Positions 1 to 14,369 of a stretch of 64,000 bases of DNA are shown one piece after another (positions within the stretch are counted from its first letter, which is position 1; every line of letters starts with the position of its first letter). The notes below the pieces were generated by a model, which saw only the letters and a program-made list of their open reading frames with translations, did not search any database and was not told the DNA's origin. This stretch comes from Hypanus sabinus (Eukaryota): assembly GCF_030144855.1 (NCBI RefSeq), contig NC_082722.1:47926001-47990000 (forward strand), given 5' to 3'. The position numbers were made by a program, and so were the translations under genes.

Positions 1-55
1 ACATCTTAGTTGACATGGCTAAGTTGGGCCGAAGGGCCTGTTTCCAGACTATATA

Positions 56-358
56 GTAGGAGATGAGTTATACAGCTCTCTTTAAATGCACATGCAGGTC
101 AACTCCTTGAGTAATTATGCAGAAGTTAATAACTCATTTCCTTCTACCTTAGGCTGTGAACTTATCAATCACCCCGCTGTGGACCACCTCTGGAGGTCCA
201 AGATGCCGACTTCTACGAAGAAGGGATCCGTATGCTCCACGACCACTGGACTAAGTGTGTAAATGTAGGAGGGGACTATGTTGAAAAACAAATGTGCTAG
301 GTTTTCTAAAATTGGCTCCTTCTACCTTAGGCCACGAATTTATCAATCACCCCTTGTA
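56..358 (+). mobile_element. Non-autonomous mariner (Tc1/mariner) remnant
   Basis: Encodes a mariner transposase C-terminus (FYEEGIRMLHDHWTKCVNVGGDYVEK). Right TIR 'ccttctaccttaggccacgaatttatcaatcaccccttg' ends at TA; a second TIR copy lies internally at ~138-177. Confidence 0.75.
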
Positions 359-1200
359 ATTCTACAGACTGCAGCAATTCATTCTGAAACATTTTTTATC
401 AACACCCACCTCTTCCATCAGGGTTAAGGAAACACCACCATTAAGTTCTCCTTCAAGACACACACCACCCTGATTTAGAAAAACTAGTGTTCCTACATCC
501 TCTGATTATACAGTCAATATAAAAATTCAACAGATATCTTAAGCGTGCAACTTTCAATGCTTTGCTGATGGGCACCTGGTTTGCAACAAAATGCTTTCAT
601 GTATCCAGGAACTGATAGAGCTGAGAAAAATAATAACTTTGCAATTACTTACATAAAAATAATGAGAAATATAAATTATTGTGAGCATTTTATAGACAGA
701 GATTGTGTACTTCTATGAGAAATAGACTGGAACACAAATCGCTGTTATCAAACAAATGCAATTATAATCCAGAAAGGTAGAGTTTATGAAATAGGGATCA
801 CAAGAGATTGCACAGATGCTAGAAATCCAGAGCAACCCCACAAAATACTGGAGGAACTCAACAGGTCAGGTAGCATCTCTAGGAATAAACAGTCAACATG
901 AAAGGCTGAGACCCTTCATCAGTCCTACTCCACAGCTTAGCAAGTCTTAGATTTCCTCTTGTCTAGCCAAAAGATCAGGGAAGTGGGAAGAGAAACAATT
1001 AATCTTCCAGGTTGAAGGTCCTTCAACAGAACAAAGAACTAAGTTCAGACGAAATCTCTTCAACACATATCATTGATTCTGTTTCTCTTCCTGACTTTCT
1101 GCGCACATCCAGCATTTTATTTCAGGTTTTCAACACCTGTAGTTTTGTTGATTTATAGCACAATGCACTCATTTAATAAAGAATCATATACCAACATTTA

Positions 1201-1470
<270 letters not shown>

Positions 1471-1779
1471 TTAAGATAATTTATACACCACAATTACTTT
1501 TCTTTGCATAAATATATTTTAAAAGGTGAAACATTTTCTTCTCGGATTTCCACCATTTAAAGAGTGTTTCCAATCACTTAAACGAATAGTAAATGGCTGC
1601 AGCTTCTTTCCCACACACCCACCTCTACTGCAATCAAGACAAGCTTTCATTAGTTAAATAAGTATTTGCATGTGAGCAACTAGGATACAAAGACCAAATA
1701 TATCACCTAGTGAAAGCTAGCACTTTATACAAACAACCTAAAAGAGCATTTTAAAAGTTGTTGTTGTGGAAATGAATAG

Positions 1780-2200
1780 GTAATCACACAGCATGGAAAC
1801 AGATCATTCAATCTATCACTTTGACTTTCACCAGTGGACACCCATCCACATTAACCCAATACTTCAGCCTTTGACAAATAAAAATGTGTGCTTCGGTGAT
1901 TCCAGTGGTCAGCTAGATACTTCTTAAATCCTATCAGCACTCTGTTTCCACCACTCTCTCAGGCAGTGTATGCTATCTACTCACCATTCTCTGGGTGAAA
2001 AGGTCCCCCTCAGATCTTCCTTCATCTCTTAACCCTTAACTCCAAGGCAATATTCTCCAGTTTTATTTGATTCTGATATAGGGAAGATTCCTGCGGTTTA
2101 CCCTATCTATATCCCTTATAAGTTTTATATACCTCAGTTATACCTCCTCTTAACCTTCAGATAAAACAGACCTAGCCTCTTTAGTGATCTCTTTGCAAAG
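1780..2200 (-). mobile_element. Old CR1 LINE 3' fragment
   Basis: Degenerate version of the CR1 3' end seen in other copies in this window. Confidence 0.55.
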
Positions 2201-2255
2201 ATCTCACATATTTCATAATTAAACTCTTTTATAAACCAAAATCAATTTGGATTTA

Positions 2256-2405
<150 letters not shown>

Positions 2406-3319
2406 CTAGGCAAATGGTCACAAATATGGTAATTAGAAACAAGAATAATGCATGGAAATTGAAAACAATTCAGATATATTTCAACTAACATACTACTGCT
2501 TTCTTCTTGAAAGGAACAAAAATTTCAAAGCAAATTATCAATACAAGATTACATAATTACATAAAACTATTATTTTTACATTTGATTAGCCTCTACTGAA
2601 ATTAATATCAATAGTCTATCATATCCATGTGCATGTATTAAAACATTTTTGTTGTAGCTGTGTTATGACCATGCTTTTACCTATTATTTCAATCTGCAAT
2701 TCAAACTTCTATATTATCAATGTTAACATTAGTTACATATATCATTAATATATGTTTACCTTTCATGATAAGCAATAATTTTGAATTGTAGTTATCACAT
2801 TAATAAGGAAAAGTCATCTATTCTTTACATCATGTTTTGTTTACACCTCCAAATGATAGACCTCAGCACTCACATTTTGTGTGCCCAAAACAGACATGCT
2901 TCTTTTAGCTCTTCCATGGCAAGATTTAGCTATGTGGTCTCTGAAACACTGCAAGGACATTCCCATCCGAACCAATCTGTGCAATACTTGTCCCATGGCT
3001 CCACAAAACGGCGAAATAGTAGTTAGGTTACCATTGAGAATGTCAAGTCTCTTCATCAGAAGCACATGCAAGTACAATGAAAATGGCGGAATGGACATTC
3101 CACCTCCCAAACTAGCCAGGTGCCCACTTCTGGCATCTTTGTCTCACCGTCTAGATTAACCTCCACATTAACCTCATCATCTACCTCAGAACCCACAGAA
3201 GGAATTGAAGAGTTGAAGCAATTCTAAGAGATGGCCCCACTATGAGAAAAAGTGATAATATGGAAATAGAAGAAATATGAACAATGAAAACTGGTTATTA
3301 TGATTGCAATAATCATTGT

Positions 3320-4250
3320 AAGTATGCTTTTCATTTCCTTTAACTGTTATCAGCACTTTGGAACATCTACGTTACTAAGGAGTAGTACACTCAGCAAGGT
3401 GGTTGACCAAGAAGCCCAATAGCAGGCAGAGGCAGGTGACATTTGGTCCCCTGGGCCCCCACTCCAACAGATGCAATACTTTGTATAACATTGAGGTAAT
3501 TAGATTCTGTGGCTGCAAATGAGACTCTAGAATAGAATGTTACCTGCTTGCTGCAAGGATCAAGGATGTCTTAAGAGCAGCTCTGAATGGGGAGGGTGAA
3601 CAGCCATTAGACATTTTGTCAATTCCTTGTCTACCAACATTGTAGAAAAAGGAATCAAGTCCTGCAATACTTACTTAAGTAGTTAGGGACCAAATTCAAA
3701 AGCAGGTTCTCAAATGTTGTAATCTCAGGATGACTTCATGTACTACACACTGATGAACGTAGAAACAAAAGAGTATAATCAATAAATGTGTTGTTGGACA
3801 AATGAAAGAAGAGGCTGGATATAGTTAGGAAGAATCCTGATGTGGAAAACCTGTATGATTTAAAATAAGAAAACCAAGGGACAGACTCCTAAATGGCAGT
3901 GATGAAAAAAACGTCATTAAACAGGAGAAATGAATTACAAAAATAAATAAATAGTGCAAAAGAGGTAGCGTTCATGGTGGCATTTTGGACCAATGATTAG
4001 AGAAGTCAATTAGAGGAAAAGCTATCTTACACTGGGTACAATGCAAAGAGAAAATAATAATTAAAAATCTTGTGTGGGAATCCTTGCGGAGGAACAAACA
4101 TGACAGAATCCTTGTTGAAGATAGAGAACAAACAATTGGATTCAATGTCTAGAGACCCAAACCTAAATATACTGAACAATAAAGGCACTAGCTGGCTAGA
4201 TTAGACTGGTGAATTCACTTAATGGCTTGACAATGGCGAGCATACAAAGT
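3320..4250 (+). mobile_element. Highly decayed CR1 (ORF1 esterase / ORF2 endonuclease remnants)
   Basis: Residual similarity to CR1 ORF1/ORF2 junction sequence ('ttacctgcttgctgcaaggatcaaggatgtc', 'aatctcaggatgacttc'). Confidence 0.5.
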
Positions 4251-4934
4251 CCATTTTATTATCATAAGCAGACATGCAATGAAAAACTTACTTGCAGCAG
4301 CATCACAGTGACATAGCATCATACAAGCAGCATTCACAAACTACATAATTGCTACAAGAAAGAACACAACTAGAACAAAAAGAAGTTCATTGTAGTACAT
4401 TGTTGTACAAGGACCACATGGATGAATAGAATGGTTCATTCCTACCTGGCAAAAAAAACTGGAAAAGTGGCTCAACTGCAGCTTACAAGAGAAATGAGCG
4501 ATAGCATTAGAACAAGAAGAAAAACAAAAAAGCAAAAGAAAACAGCAGTCTTCATCTTCCTTTCTTATCGCATTTCAATATCTGTAACCGTTGGTTTTAT
4601 TCACTTATCATCTCCCAACCTTTGTCACTATTTCCACCGTTCCCTTCCTCACCTGGCTCCATTTCTCCTCCGCACCTGGATATAGTTATCACTCACCAGC
4701 AACTGCTTCAGACCTTTATACTCTGATCTCCCACTTACACTCAGTCCAGATGGAGGGTCTCAACCCAGAACACTTTTGCCTCCAGACATGCTGCCTGACC
4801 TGCTGAGTTACTCATCAGGTGGTTTTGCTATTAAAACACATACACTTTGGTACTGTCTTTACAATAGAGGAACAAGTAAACTCTCAGATTTGTTGCAGAG
4901 CATGGGGTGTGGTGAAAGAGGAAAAAAAACTTAA

Positions 4935-5660
4935 GTTGAATTAGCAAGGTAAATTTAAATTCCTGGGAGTTGCTATTTCAGAGAACCTGTCCTGGACCTA
5001 GCATGTAAGTGCAATTGTAAAGAAAGAACAGCAGCACCTCAACTTCCTTAAAAGTCTGCGGAGATTCAGCATGACATCTAAAACTTTGACAAACTTCTAT
5101 AAACATGTAATGAAGACTGTACTGACTGGTTGCATCACAGCCTGGTATGGAAACACCAATGGCTTTGAATGGAAAATCCTCTAAAGGTCGTGGATTTGAC
5201 ACAGATAAAAGCCCTCCAAGTCATAAAACACATCTACATGAAACACTATAGCAGGAAAGCAGCATCCATCATCAGAGATCCCTACAACCCAAGTCATGCT
5301 CTCTTCTCACTACTGCCATCAGGTAGAAGTTACAAGAGCTTCAAGACTCGCACAGTTACTACCACACAATCATCAGGCTCTTGAATAAAAGGGGATAACA
5401 ACACTCACTTGCCCCATTATTGAAATGTTCCGACAGCTATTGATCTCCCTTTAAGCACTGTTTATCACATGTTCTCATTATTTATTGCTATTTACTTATA
5501 TTTGCATTTGCATAGTTTGTTGTCTTCTGCATGCTAGGTGAATATTCATTGATCCCGTTACAGTTACAATACGCCCACAGAAAACTGAATCTCAGGGTTG
5601 TATATGGTGACATATATGTACTTTGATAATAATATTTACTTTGAACTTCTGAACTTTGAA
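4935..5660 (+). mobile_element. Rex1/Babar-like LINE 3' fragment
   Basis: FKFLGV...ENLSW...QHLNFLKSLRRF and IIRDPYNPSHALFSLLPSGRSY C-terminal motifs; (ctttgaa)n-like tail. Confidence 0.75.
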
Positions 5661-5859
5661 TTTCATTAGGGCAGGACTGAGAGCCAACAAGTCCTAGGAC
5701 TTGATAATAAACTTCCCAAAGTACTTAAAGAATTGATATTAGAAATAATAATGCATTGCTGGTCATTTTCCAAAATTCTTTCAACTCTGGAACAATTCCA
5801 ATGGTAGGAGAGGAGGAAATATAATCCAACTATTTAAAGAAAATCACCTCTAAACCAAA

Positions 5860-6428
5860 CTCAGAACCCTGGGAGTCAATGCCTCCCTCGACAACTGGAT
5901 CCTTGACTTCCTAAAGAAAAACCATATTCACTAAGAATAGGGAGTAACAACTTTGTCGCTATGGACCTGGTTTGCCTCCTCAGCCCTTTTCTCCACTCCC
6001 AGTACACTCACTGACTGTGTGGCCAGTTTCTGCTCTATTGCAGATGATACCACTGCAAGTGGGCTGCATCTCAAATAATGATGAATCGGAGTAGAGGAAG
6101 GAGACAGAGAGATTAGTAACTATACATGGTGTTCTGACAACCTTTCCCTTAATGTCAATAAAAGAGGTGGTCACTGGCAACAGAAAGGGGGGTTGGTGTA
6201 CAGGCTCCTGTCTACATCAACGGTGTTGAGGTTGACAGGCTGGACTCCAAGCTTCAAGTTCCTAGCTGTAAACCAATAGGCTGTCCTGGTCCAACCATGT
6301 TAACTTCACGGCCAGAAAAGGTCATCCACACCTCTACTTCTTCCAGAGGCTAAAGAAATTTGGCATGTCACCGTCAACACTTATAAATTTGCAATCAAGG
6401 CACCTCAGAATACATTCTGTCTGGAATC
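5860..6428 (+). mobile_element. Rex1/Babar-like LINE fragment, interrupted by CR1 and resuming at ~7546-7640
   Basis: NWILDFL, LSPFLHS and ADDTT RT-like motifs. Confidence 0.65.
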
Positions 6429-6429
6429 A

Positions 6430-7545
6430 AAGAACATAGCATAGTGCAGCACATTACAGGCCCTTCGACCCACAATGTTGTGTCGACCCTTAAACCCTGC
6501 CTCTCATATAATCCCCCACCTTAAATTCCTCCATATACCTGTGTAGTAGTCTCTTAAACTTCACTAGTGTATCTGCCTCCACCACAGACTCAGGCAGTGC
6601 ATTCCACACACCAACCACTCTCTGAGTGAAAAACCTTGCTCCCCTTTGAACTTCCCTCCCCTTACCTTAAAGCCATGTCCTCTTGTACTGAGCAGTGGTG
6701 CCCTGGGGAAGAGGCGCTGGCTGTCTATTCCTCTTAATACCTTGTACACCTCTATCATGTCTCCTCTCATCCTCCTTCTCTCCAAAGAGTAAAGCCCTAG
6801 CTTCCTTAATCTCTGATCATAATCCATACTCTCTAAACCAGGCAGAATCCTGGTAAATCTCTTCTGTACCCTTTCCAATGCTTCCACATCCTTCCTATAC
6901 TGAGGCGACCAGAACTGGACACAGTACTCCAAGTGTGGCCTAACTAGAGTTTTATAGAGCTGCATCATTACATCGCGTCTCTTAACCTCTATCCCTCGAC
7001 TTATAAAAGCTAACACCCGATAAGCTTTCTTAACTACCCTATCTACCTGTGAGGCAACTTTCAGGGATCTGTGGACACGTACCCCCAGATCCCTCTGCTT
7101 CTCCACACTGCCAAGCATCCTGCCATTTACTTTGTACTCTGCCATGGAGCATGTCCTTCCAAAATGTACCATTTCACACTTCTCCGGGTTGAACTCCATC
7201 TGCCACTTCTCAGCCCACTTGCATCCTACCAATGTCTCTCTGCAATCTTCGACAATCCTCTACACTATCTACAACGCCACCAACCTTTGTGTCGTCTGCA
7301 AACTTGCCAACCCACCCTTCTACCCCCACATCCAGGTCGTTAATAAAAATCACAAAAAGTAGAGGTCCCGGAACAGATCCTTGTGGGACACCACTAGTCA
7401 CAACCCTCCAATCTGAATGTACTCCCTCCACCACGACTCTCTGCCTTCTGCAGGCAAGCCAATTCAGAATCTACCTGGCCAAACTTCCCTGGATCCCATG
7501 CCTTCTGACTTTCTGAAGAAGCCTACCGTGTGGAACCTTGTCAAA
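6430..7545 (-). mobile_element. CR1 LINE, 5'-truncated, RT domain plus 3' UTR
   Basis: ORFs 7210-7434 and 6564-7232: SGVPQGSV, KFADDTK, WQMEFNPEKC, LVRPHLEYCVQFWSP. Confidence 0.92.
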
Positions 7546-7648
7546 TCATAATGATTTGGTATGGTAACTGCTCTGCACAAGGGCAAGAAACTGCAGGTAG
7601 TGGCAGATACAGTCAGCACATCACTGGGACCAGCTTGTAAATTTAGAC

Positions 7649-8508
7649 CAGGAGTCGGCAACCCACGGCTCTGGAGCCGCATGCGACTCTTTCATCTCTG
7701 TGCTGCGGCTCCCTGTGGCTTTGGAAAATAAATGATGAGTATTTAATTAAAATGTATTTTATGTTAGTTTGTTAGTTTTTGAAATGTAATCCTAAATTTG
7801 AAGATTATGGAGATCTTGTACAATCTAAATAAAACGTGTTTTTAGTCGCTATTGATATACGTCACAACTGCCAATGCCTGACACCCGCCAGTGCGCGATT
7901 TCTTTAATTTTTCGATCCAAGGTGGGCTAACTATGGAGAATTCTAAAATAAGAAAATTGACTGAAGAAAACAGAACGTTTAATGATACGTGGGCAGATTC
8001 ATTTGCTTTCACTGCTGACGAGACTGATTTACCGGTATGCTTAATATGTAATGAGAAACAAGCAAACAACAAAAAGTCAAATGTCGCAAGACATTTCCAG
8101 AATAAACACGCAGCCTTTGCTCAAAAATATCCGGATGGAGATGAGAGAAAAAATGGTTTGCTGCTGGCGGACAATTTAAGTTCGGCGTTTTTCATAAATA
8201 CAAGAAGGACTCAAATAGACATTGAGTATTTTACTTAAAAGTAACCTTCAACCCAACGTCTTTTTTTCAGAGTTCAAAATGTTTTTGTTGCATGCAGAAA
8301 TGTAATTTCGTTTTCTGTGCAGGAGTTCATCGATTTCATAAATGCAACACATTATAGTTTGTTTATACATAACATAAAGGCAAAAAAAAGTTGTATGCAG
8401 TGCTATTTCATTTTAAATGTCAAACGGGTTTTGCGGCTCCCAGTGTTTTCTTTTCTGTGGGAAACGGGTCCAAATGGCTCTTTCAGTGGTAATGGTTGCC
8501 GACCCCTG
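7649..8508 (+). mobile_element. hAT (Buster/Charlie-type) internally deleted DNA transposon
   Basis: TIRs cagg(a/g)gtcggcaacc; perfect 8-bp TSD atttagac (7641-7648, 8509-8516); ORF 7891-8238 carries the transposase N-terminal zinc finger (F..W...PVCLICNEK...NVARHF..KH). Confidence 0.92.
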
Positions 8509-9009
8509 ATTTAGACCATGAGACACAGAAGCAGAATCCAGCTGAAAGATTCTGGGGTTATGGAATATCGCAAACATTAACCAGTCCACAGAAACCAGTC
8601 CACAGATCTGAATGTGGATTGTAGGTTGAATTTCAAATGCAGCTTAGTACAATGGTCTTCCAAAAGCTGCAGACTGGAGTTCAATGCAGACCAGGAAAAG
8701 TCCATTGTCCTGAGGTGTCAGCATATTCATGATGACAGCTCAGAGACAGCAGTGATTAACATCATTTTGGGTGTGTTGAAATGAAGTTCAAGGTGTTTGA
8801 AAATTATATGCAACTCAAAGGAAGCATTATGAATGCATAACAATAGAAATAGTCTTACTGTTACTTTGATCTGTAACAGATAAAAATGTGATAACAGTGG
8901 ATCAGGGAGCCTCTCTCAATGGTGACTCCAAACACTGCCATCTTGTGTGTACCAAATAAAGACTTTTATACTACCAGCAGTGTGCCTCTCTGGTGGCTTT
9001 CATTGACAG

Positions 9010-12000
9010 TCACAACAAGGCCACTCGGCCCATCGATTTCACTCTCCCATTTCATCCTGATTTATTGTCCCTCTCACCCTATTCTCCTGCCTCCTCCATA
9101 TAACCAATGATGCCCTGATTAATCAAGCACCTATCAACCTCCACTTTAAATAGACTCAATGACTCGGCCTCCAGAGCTACTCGGGTTAAAGAAATTCCTT
9201 CTCATCTCTGTTCTAAATGGACATCCTTCTATTTTGCAGCTGTGCCCTCTGGTCCTAGACTCACCCATTTATAGGAAACATCCTTTCCACATCCACTCTT
9301 TCTAGGTCCTTTAATATTCAATAGGTTTTATTGAGATCCCTCTTCATTCTTCTAAACACCAGTGAGTACCGGCCCAGAGCCATCAAATATTGCTCATACG
9401 TTAACTTCTTTCATTCCCAGTATCATTCTGCTGAAGGGGCCCAAAACTATTCACAATACTCCACATGCGGTCTGACCAACGCCTAATAAGACCTCAACAT
9501 CACATCCTTGCTCTTAAAGTACCATAAGACATAGGAGCAGAATTGGGCCATTTGTCCTATTGAGCCTGCTCTGCCATTTCATTATGGCTGATGCATTTTC
9601 TCTCTCAGCCTCAATCTCCTGCCTTCTCCCCATATCCCTTCTTGCCCTGACCAATCAAGAATCTACCAACTTCTGGCACAGGCAACTGTGGAGGCCAAGT
9701 CTGTATGTAGATTTGAGGCAATGAATTCCAGATTCACCACAGTCTGGCTAAAGAAATTCCTCTTCACCTCCATTCTACAAGGACACCCCACTATTCTGAG
9801 GCTGTGTCCTCTGGTCTTAGATTCTCCCAGTATAGGAAGCATGCTCTCCATATCCAATCAATCAAGGCCTTTTAGCGTTCAATAGGTTTCAATGAGGTCA
9901 CCCCTCATTCTTCTGAATTCTTCGAATACAGGCCCAGAGCCATCAAACACTCTTCATGTGACTAGCTGTTCATACCTGAAATTATTTTCATGAACCTCCT
10001 TTGAACCTTCTCCACTTTCAGCACATCCTTTCAAAGATAATGGACACAAAACCGCTCACAATCCTCTAAGTAAGGCTTCACCAGTGCTTTATAAAGTCTC
10101 AACATTACATCCTTGCTTTTATATTCCAGTCTTCTTGAAATAATGCTAACTTCACATTTGCCTTCCACATCACAGACTCAACCTGCAAATTAACTTTTCT
10201 GGAATCCTGCTCAAGGACTCCCAATTCCTTTGCACCTCAGTTTTTTGTATTTTCTCTCCATTTAGAAAAAAGTTAACCCTTTCATTTTTTCTACCGAAGC
10301 ACATGACCATACACTTCCCAACACCGTATTCCACCTGCCACTACTTTGCCCATTCTCCTAATCTAAGTTCTTCTGTAGCTTCTCTACTACCTCAAAACTA
10401 CCTACCCCTCCACCTATCTTCATATTGTCTGCAAACTTTGCAACAAAGCCATCAATTCCATCATCAACATAGAACATAAAAAGAATTGGTCCTAACACAG
10501 GACCCCGTGGAACAGCACTAGTCACCAGCAGGAAACCAGAAAAGGCTCCCTTTATTCCCACACTTTGCCTCCTGCCAGCCAGCCACTGCTTTATCCATGC
10601 TAGAATCTTCCCTGTAATATCATTGGCTCGTAGCTTGTTAAACAGCCTCATGTGTAGCCCGTTGTCGGATGCCTTCTGAAAGTCCAAATGCACATTAACC
10701 TATTCTCCTTTGTCAATCTTGCTTGTAATTTCTTCAAGAATTCCAACAGATTTATCAGATAAGATTTTCCATGCTGACTACTGCCTATTTTATCAAGTGC
10801 CTCCAAGTACTCCGAAACCACATCCTTAACAATCAACTCCCAACATCTTCCCAACCCCTGGGGTCAGACTAAGTGGCCTATAATTTCCTTTCTTCTGCCT
10901 CTCTAGACCTCTCAAAATGAATGCAAATTAACCATAAGGGACTCCTGCATGAGTATTCCCAAGCCCCTTTTGCACCTCTGATTTTTGAATTTTCTCTCCA
11001 CTTAGAAAATAGTCTATCCCTTTATTCCTTTTAATAAAGTGCATGACCATACACTTCCTGACTCTGTGTTCCAACTGCCACCTCTTTGCCCATTCTCCTA
11101 ATCTGTCGAGTCCTTCTAGAGCTTCTCTGCTTCAACACTACCTGCCCCTCCACCTACTTTTGTATCGTCTGCAAATGTGGCCTCTGAACTATCAATTCCG
11201 TCATCCAAATCACTGGCATATAACATGAAAAGAAGCACTCCTAATACTGACTCTGCCAAACACCACTTGTCACCTGCTGCCAACCAGAATAGCCTCCTTT
11301 ATTCCCACACTTTGCCTCCTGCCTGTCAGGCTATCTTCTATCAATGCTAGTATCTTTCCTGTAATACCATGGGCTCTTATCAAGCAGCCTCATGTGCAGA
11401 AGCTTTTCCAATGGGCTTCTGAAAAACAAAAACAAAAGCACTCACAAACTCTTCTTTGTCTCTTTCCTGCCTGTTTTTTCCTCAAGGAATTCCAACAGCT
11501 TTGTCAGGCAAGACTTCCCATTAAGGAAACCATGATGACTTTGCCCTATTTAATCGTGTCCCTCCAAGTACCCCAAAACCTCATCTTTAATAATGGAATC
11601 TAACAGCTTCCCAACTACTGAAGTCAGGCTAAGATGCCTATAATTTCCCCTCCTGCCTCCTTCCCTTCTTAAAAAATGGAGAGATCTTTGCAATTTTCCA
11701 CTCCTCTAGAACCATTAAAGAATCAAGTGATTCTTGAAAGATCAGTATTAATGCCTCCACAATCTCTTCCACTACCTGTCAGAACCCTGGGATGTAGTCC
11801 ATCTGGTACGTTGACTTGCTTACCTTTCAGCTTCCCAAACAGCTTCTCCTTAGTAAAAGGAACTACACTCACTGCTGCCCTCTGACACCCTTGAATTTCT
11901 GGCATACTTCTCGTGTCTACCACAGTGAACAATGACACAAAATTCATTTCAGGTTCTTCCGCAATTTCTTTGTCTCCATTACTCCAGCATCATTATCCAG

Positions 12001-14300
12001 CAGTCTGATATCCATTCTCACCTTTCTTTTACTCTTTATATATTTGAAAAAACCTTTGGTATCCCCTTTGATATTATTGGCTTGCTTACCTTCATATTTC
12101 ATCATTTCCATCCTTAAGGTAATTTCAGTTGCCTTCTGTTGGTTTTTACAAGCTTCCCAATTCTCTAAATCTGCACTAATTTTTCCTATACTATATACCC
12201 ATTCTTTTTCTTTTATGCTGTTTTTGACTTTCCATCAGGCACAGTTGCATCATCATCCCTTTAGAACACATCTTCATCTTCGGGATACATCTATCTGCAC
12301 ATTACAAACTGCCCCCAGAAATTGCAGCCGTTGCTGCTTTGCTGTCATCCCCACTGGTGCTCCCTTCAAATAACTTATTCCAGTTCCTCCCTCGTTCTTT
12401 TGTGATTCTCATTACTCAAGTGATACATCTCACTTTATCTTCTCCCTTTCAAACTGCAGTGTGAATTAGATCCTAAAATGATCACTGTCCCCTCCCCAAG
12501 GGTTCCTTTACCTTAAGCTCCCTCATCAAATCTGTTTCATTACAGAACACCCAATCCAGAACTGCCTTTCCCCTAGTGGGTACCACAAGCTGCTCTAAAA
12601 AAAGCCATCTCACAGGCATTCTACAAACTCCCCTCTTGGGATCCAGCTCCAATCTGATCTTCCCAATTTACTTGTATACTGAAATCCCCTAGGACTATCA
12701 AAACACTGCCCTTATTATTTGCCTTTTCTATTGTCCATTGAAATTTATATTCCTTATCCTGACTACTGTTTGGGGGGCCTTTATATAATTGTTATCAGGG
12801 TGGCTTTACACTTGTAATTTCTTAAATTGACTTACAAGGATTCTACATCTTCCAATCCTATATTACCTTTTTCTACGGATTTCATTTCATTTCTTACCAA
12901 CAGAGCCAATCCTCCCCCTCTACCTACATAACTGTCCTTTTGATAGTGCATATCCTTGAATCATACACTCCCAAATGTGACCCTGCAGCCACAACCGAGC
13001 TTACAATGTCATACCTGCAAACCTTTAACTGCGCTACAAGATCACCTTATTCCATATACTGTGTGCATTCAAATAAAACACCTTCAGTTCTCTATTCATC
13101 ACCAATTTTGATTTTGCCCCATATTACATTTCAATTCATCCTAATGACTACAATTTTGTCCTATGATCTGTTTGTCCTTCCTCAGATTCTACTACACACA
13201 GTATTGACCTGTAAACCAACTGCCCCAACATAGCCCTATCACTCACGGTTCCCATACTCTGCCAGCTCAGTTTAAGACCATTCAACAGTTTTATCAAATC
13301 TGCCTGCAAGGATATTGATCCCCTCAGATTCAGGTGTAACCCATCATTTTTGTCCAGGTCATTCCTCCCCCAGAAGAGATTCCAAAAATCAACAAATCTG
13401 AAACTCTGCCCCCTGCACCATTTCCTCTGCCATTCATTCTATTCCTGCTCTATATTATTATTTTAACTTTTTTTTTTAAAAATAAATTTCTTTTTCGAGG
13501 AAAGGGTTGAAATTCACCAGATGCATCTATTCCTACTCTGACTGGCATGTGGCACTGGGAATAAATCGGAGATTACTACACTGGAGGTCTTGCTCTTCAG
13601 CCTTTTCCCTAACTCTTTAAACTCACTGCATAGAATGTCTTCCCCCCTTTCTACTTACATAATTGATGTCAACCTGCACCATTACCCTCACCCTCCCTCT
13701 TGAGAATCTTCTGCAGCTGTTCTGTGATATTCTGTGACCCGAACACCTGGGAGGTAACACACATCTTAGTGTCCTTTTTTTTCGCAGCCCCAGAAAGTCT
13801 TGCCTGTCCCCTTATCACTACCACTCAGCCCATCTTTACCCTTCCCTGCCGAGCCTCAGGGCCTAGCTGTTACTGCTGTGCTGACAGGTCAGCCCCCTCC
13901 AACAGTAAACAAAGGGATACATTTGTTGCAAAGGGGAATAGTCACAGGGGAACCCTGGCCTGACCGCTTACTCCCTTCACTTCTCCTGGCGGTCACCCAT
14001 CTACTATCTGAAGCCTGCGCTCTGGTTGTGACCACATCAGTAAAAGTTTCACCTCTGAAGTTTTCAGCCTCCCGGATGCCCCTGAGTGCATCCAGCTCCA
14101 GCTCTTTGACCTTGTCAGTCCAGAGCTGAAGATGTAGTCATCAAGGAGACGGTCAGGTACCCCGAAATCCCACATTTCAATGAGGAGCATTCAACTATCT
14201 GAACAACCACCCAGCCTGCAGTTGTCTACCCTTTTTATCCCTCTGCCTTCTCAAACTTAGGTTCTAGCCTGTTCAACCAAAGCCTGACCACTCTAACACT
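9010..14300 (-). mobile_element. Near full-length decayed CR1 LINE with a second CR1 copy (~9519-10902) nested inside
   Basis: RT motifs (LDFQKA, VAKFADN, PDGLHPRVL) plus endonuclease and ORF1 remnants. A second 3' tail starts at ~9519 and the outer copy resumes at ~10903. Confidence 0.8.
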
Positions 14301-14369
14301 GTCCACTCCAACAATGACTGCTCCACTTAAACCTCACTCCATTTTATTGGGCTTTGCTAAATTACTATT

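Noticed and set aside
7891-8238. GTF2IRD2/EPM2AIP1-like host gene
   Set aside because: Truncated transposase N-terminus lying inside TIRs and a TSD.
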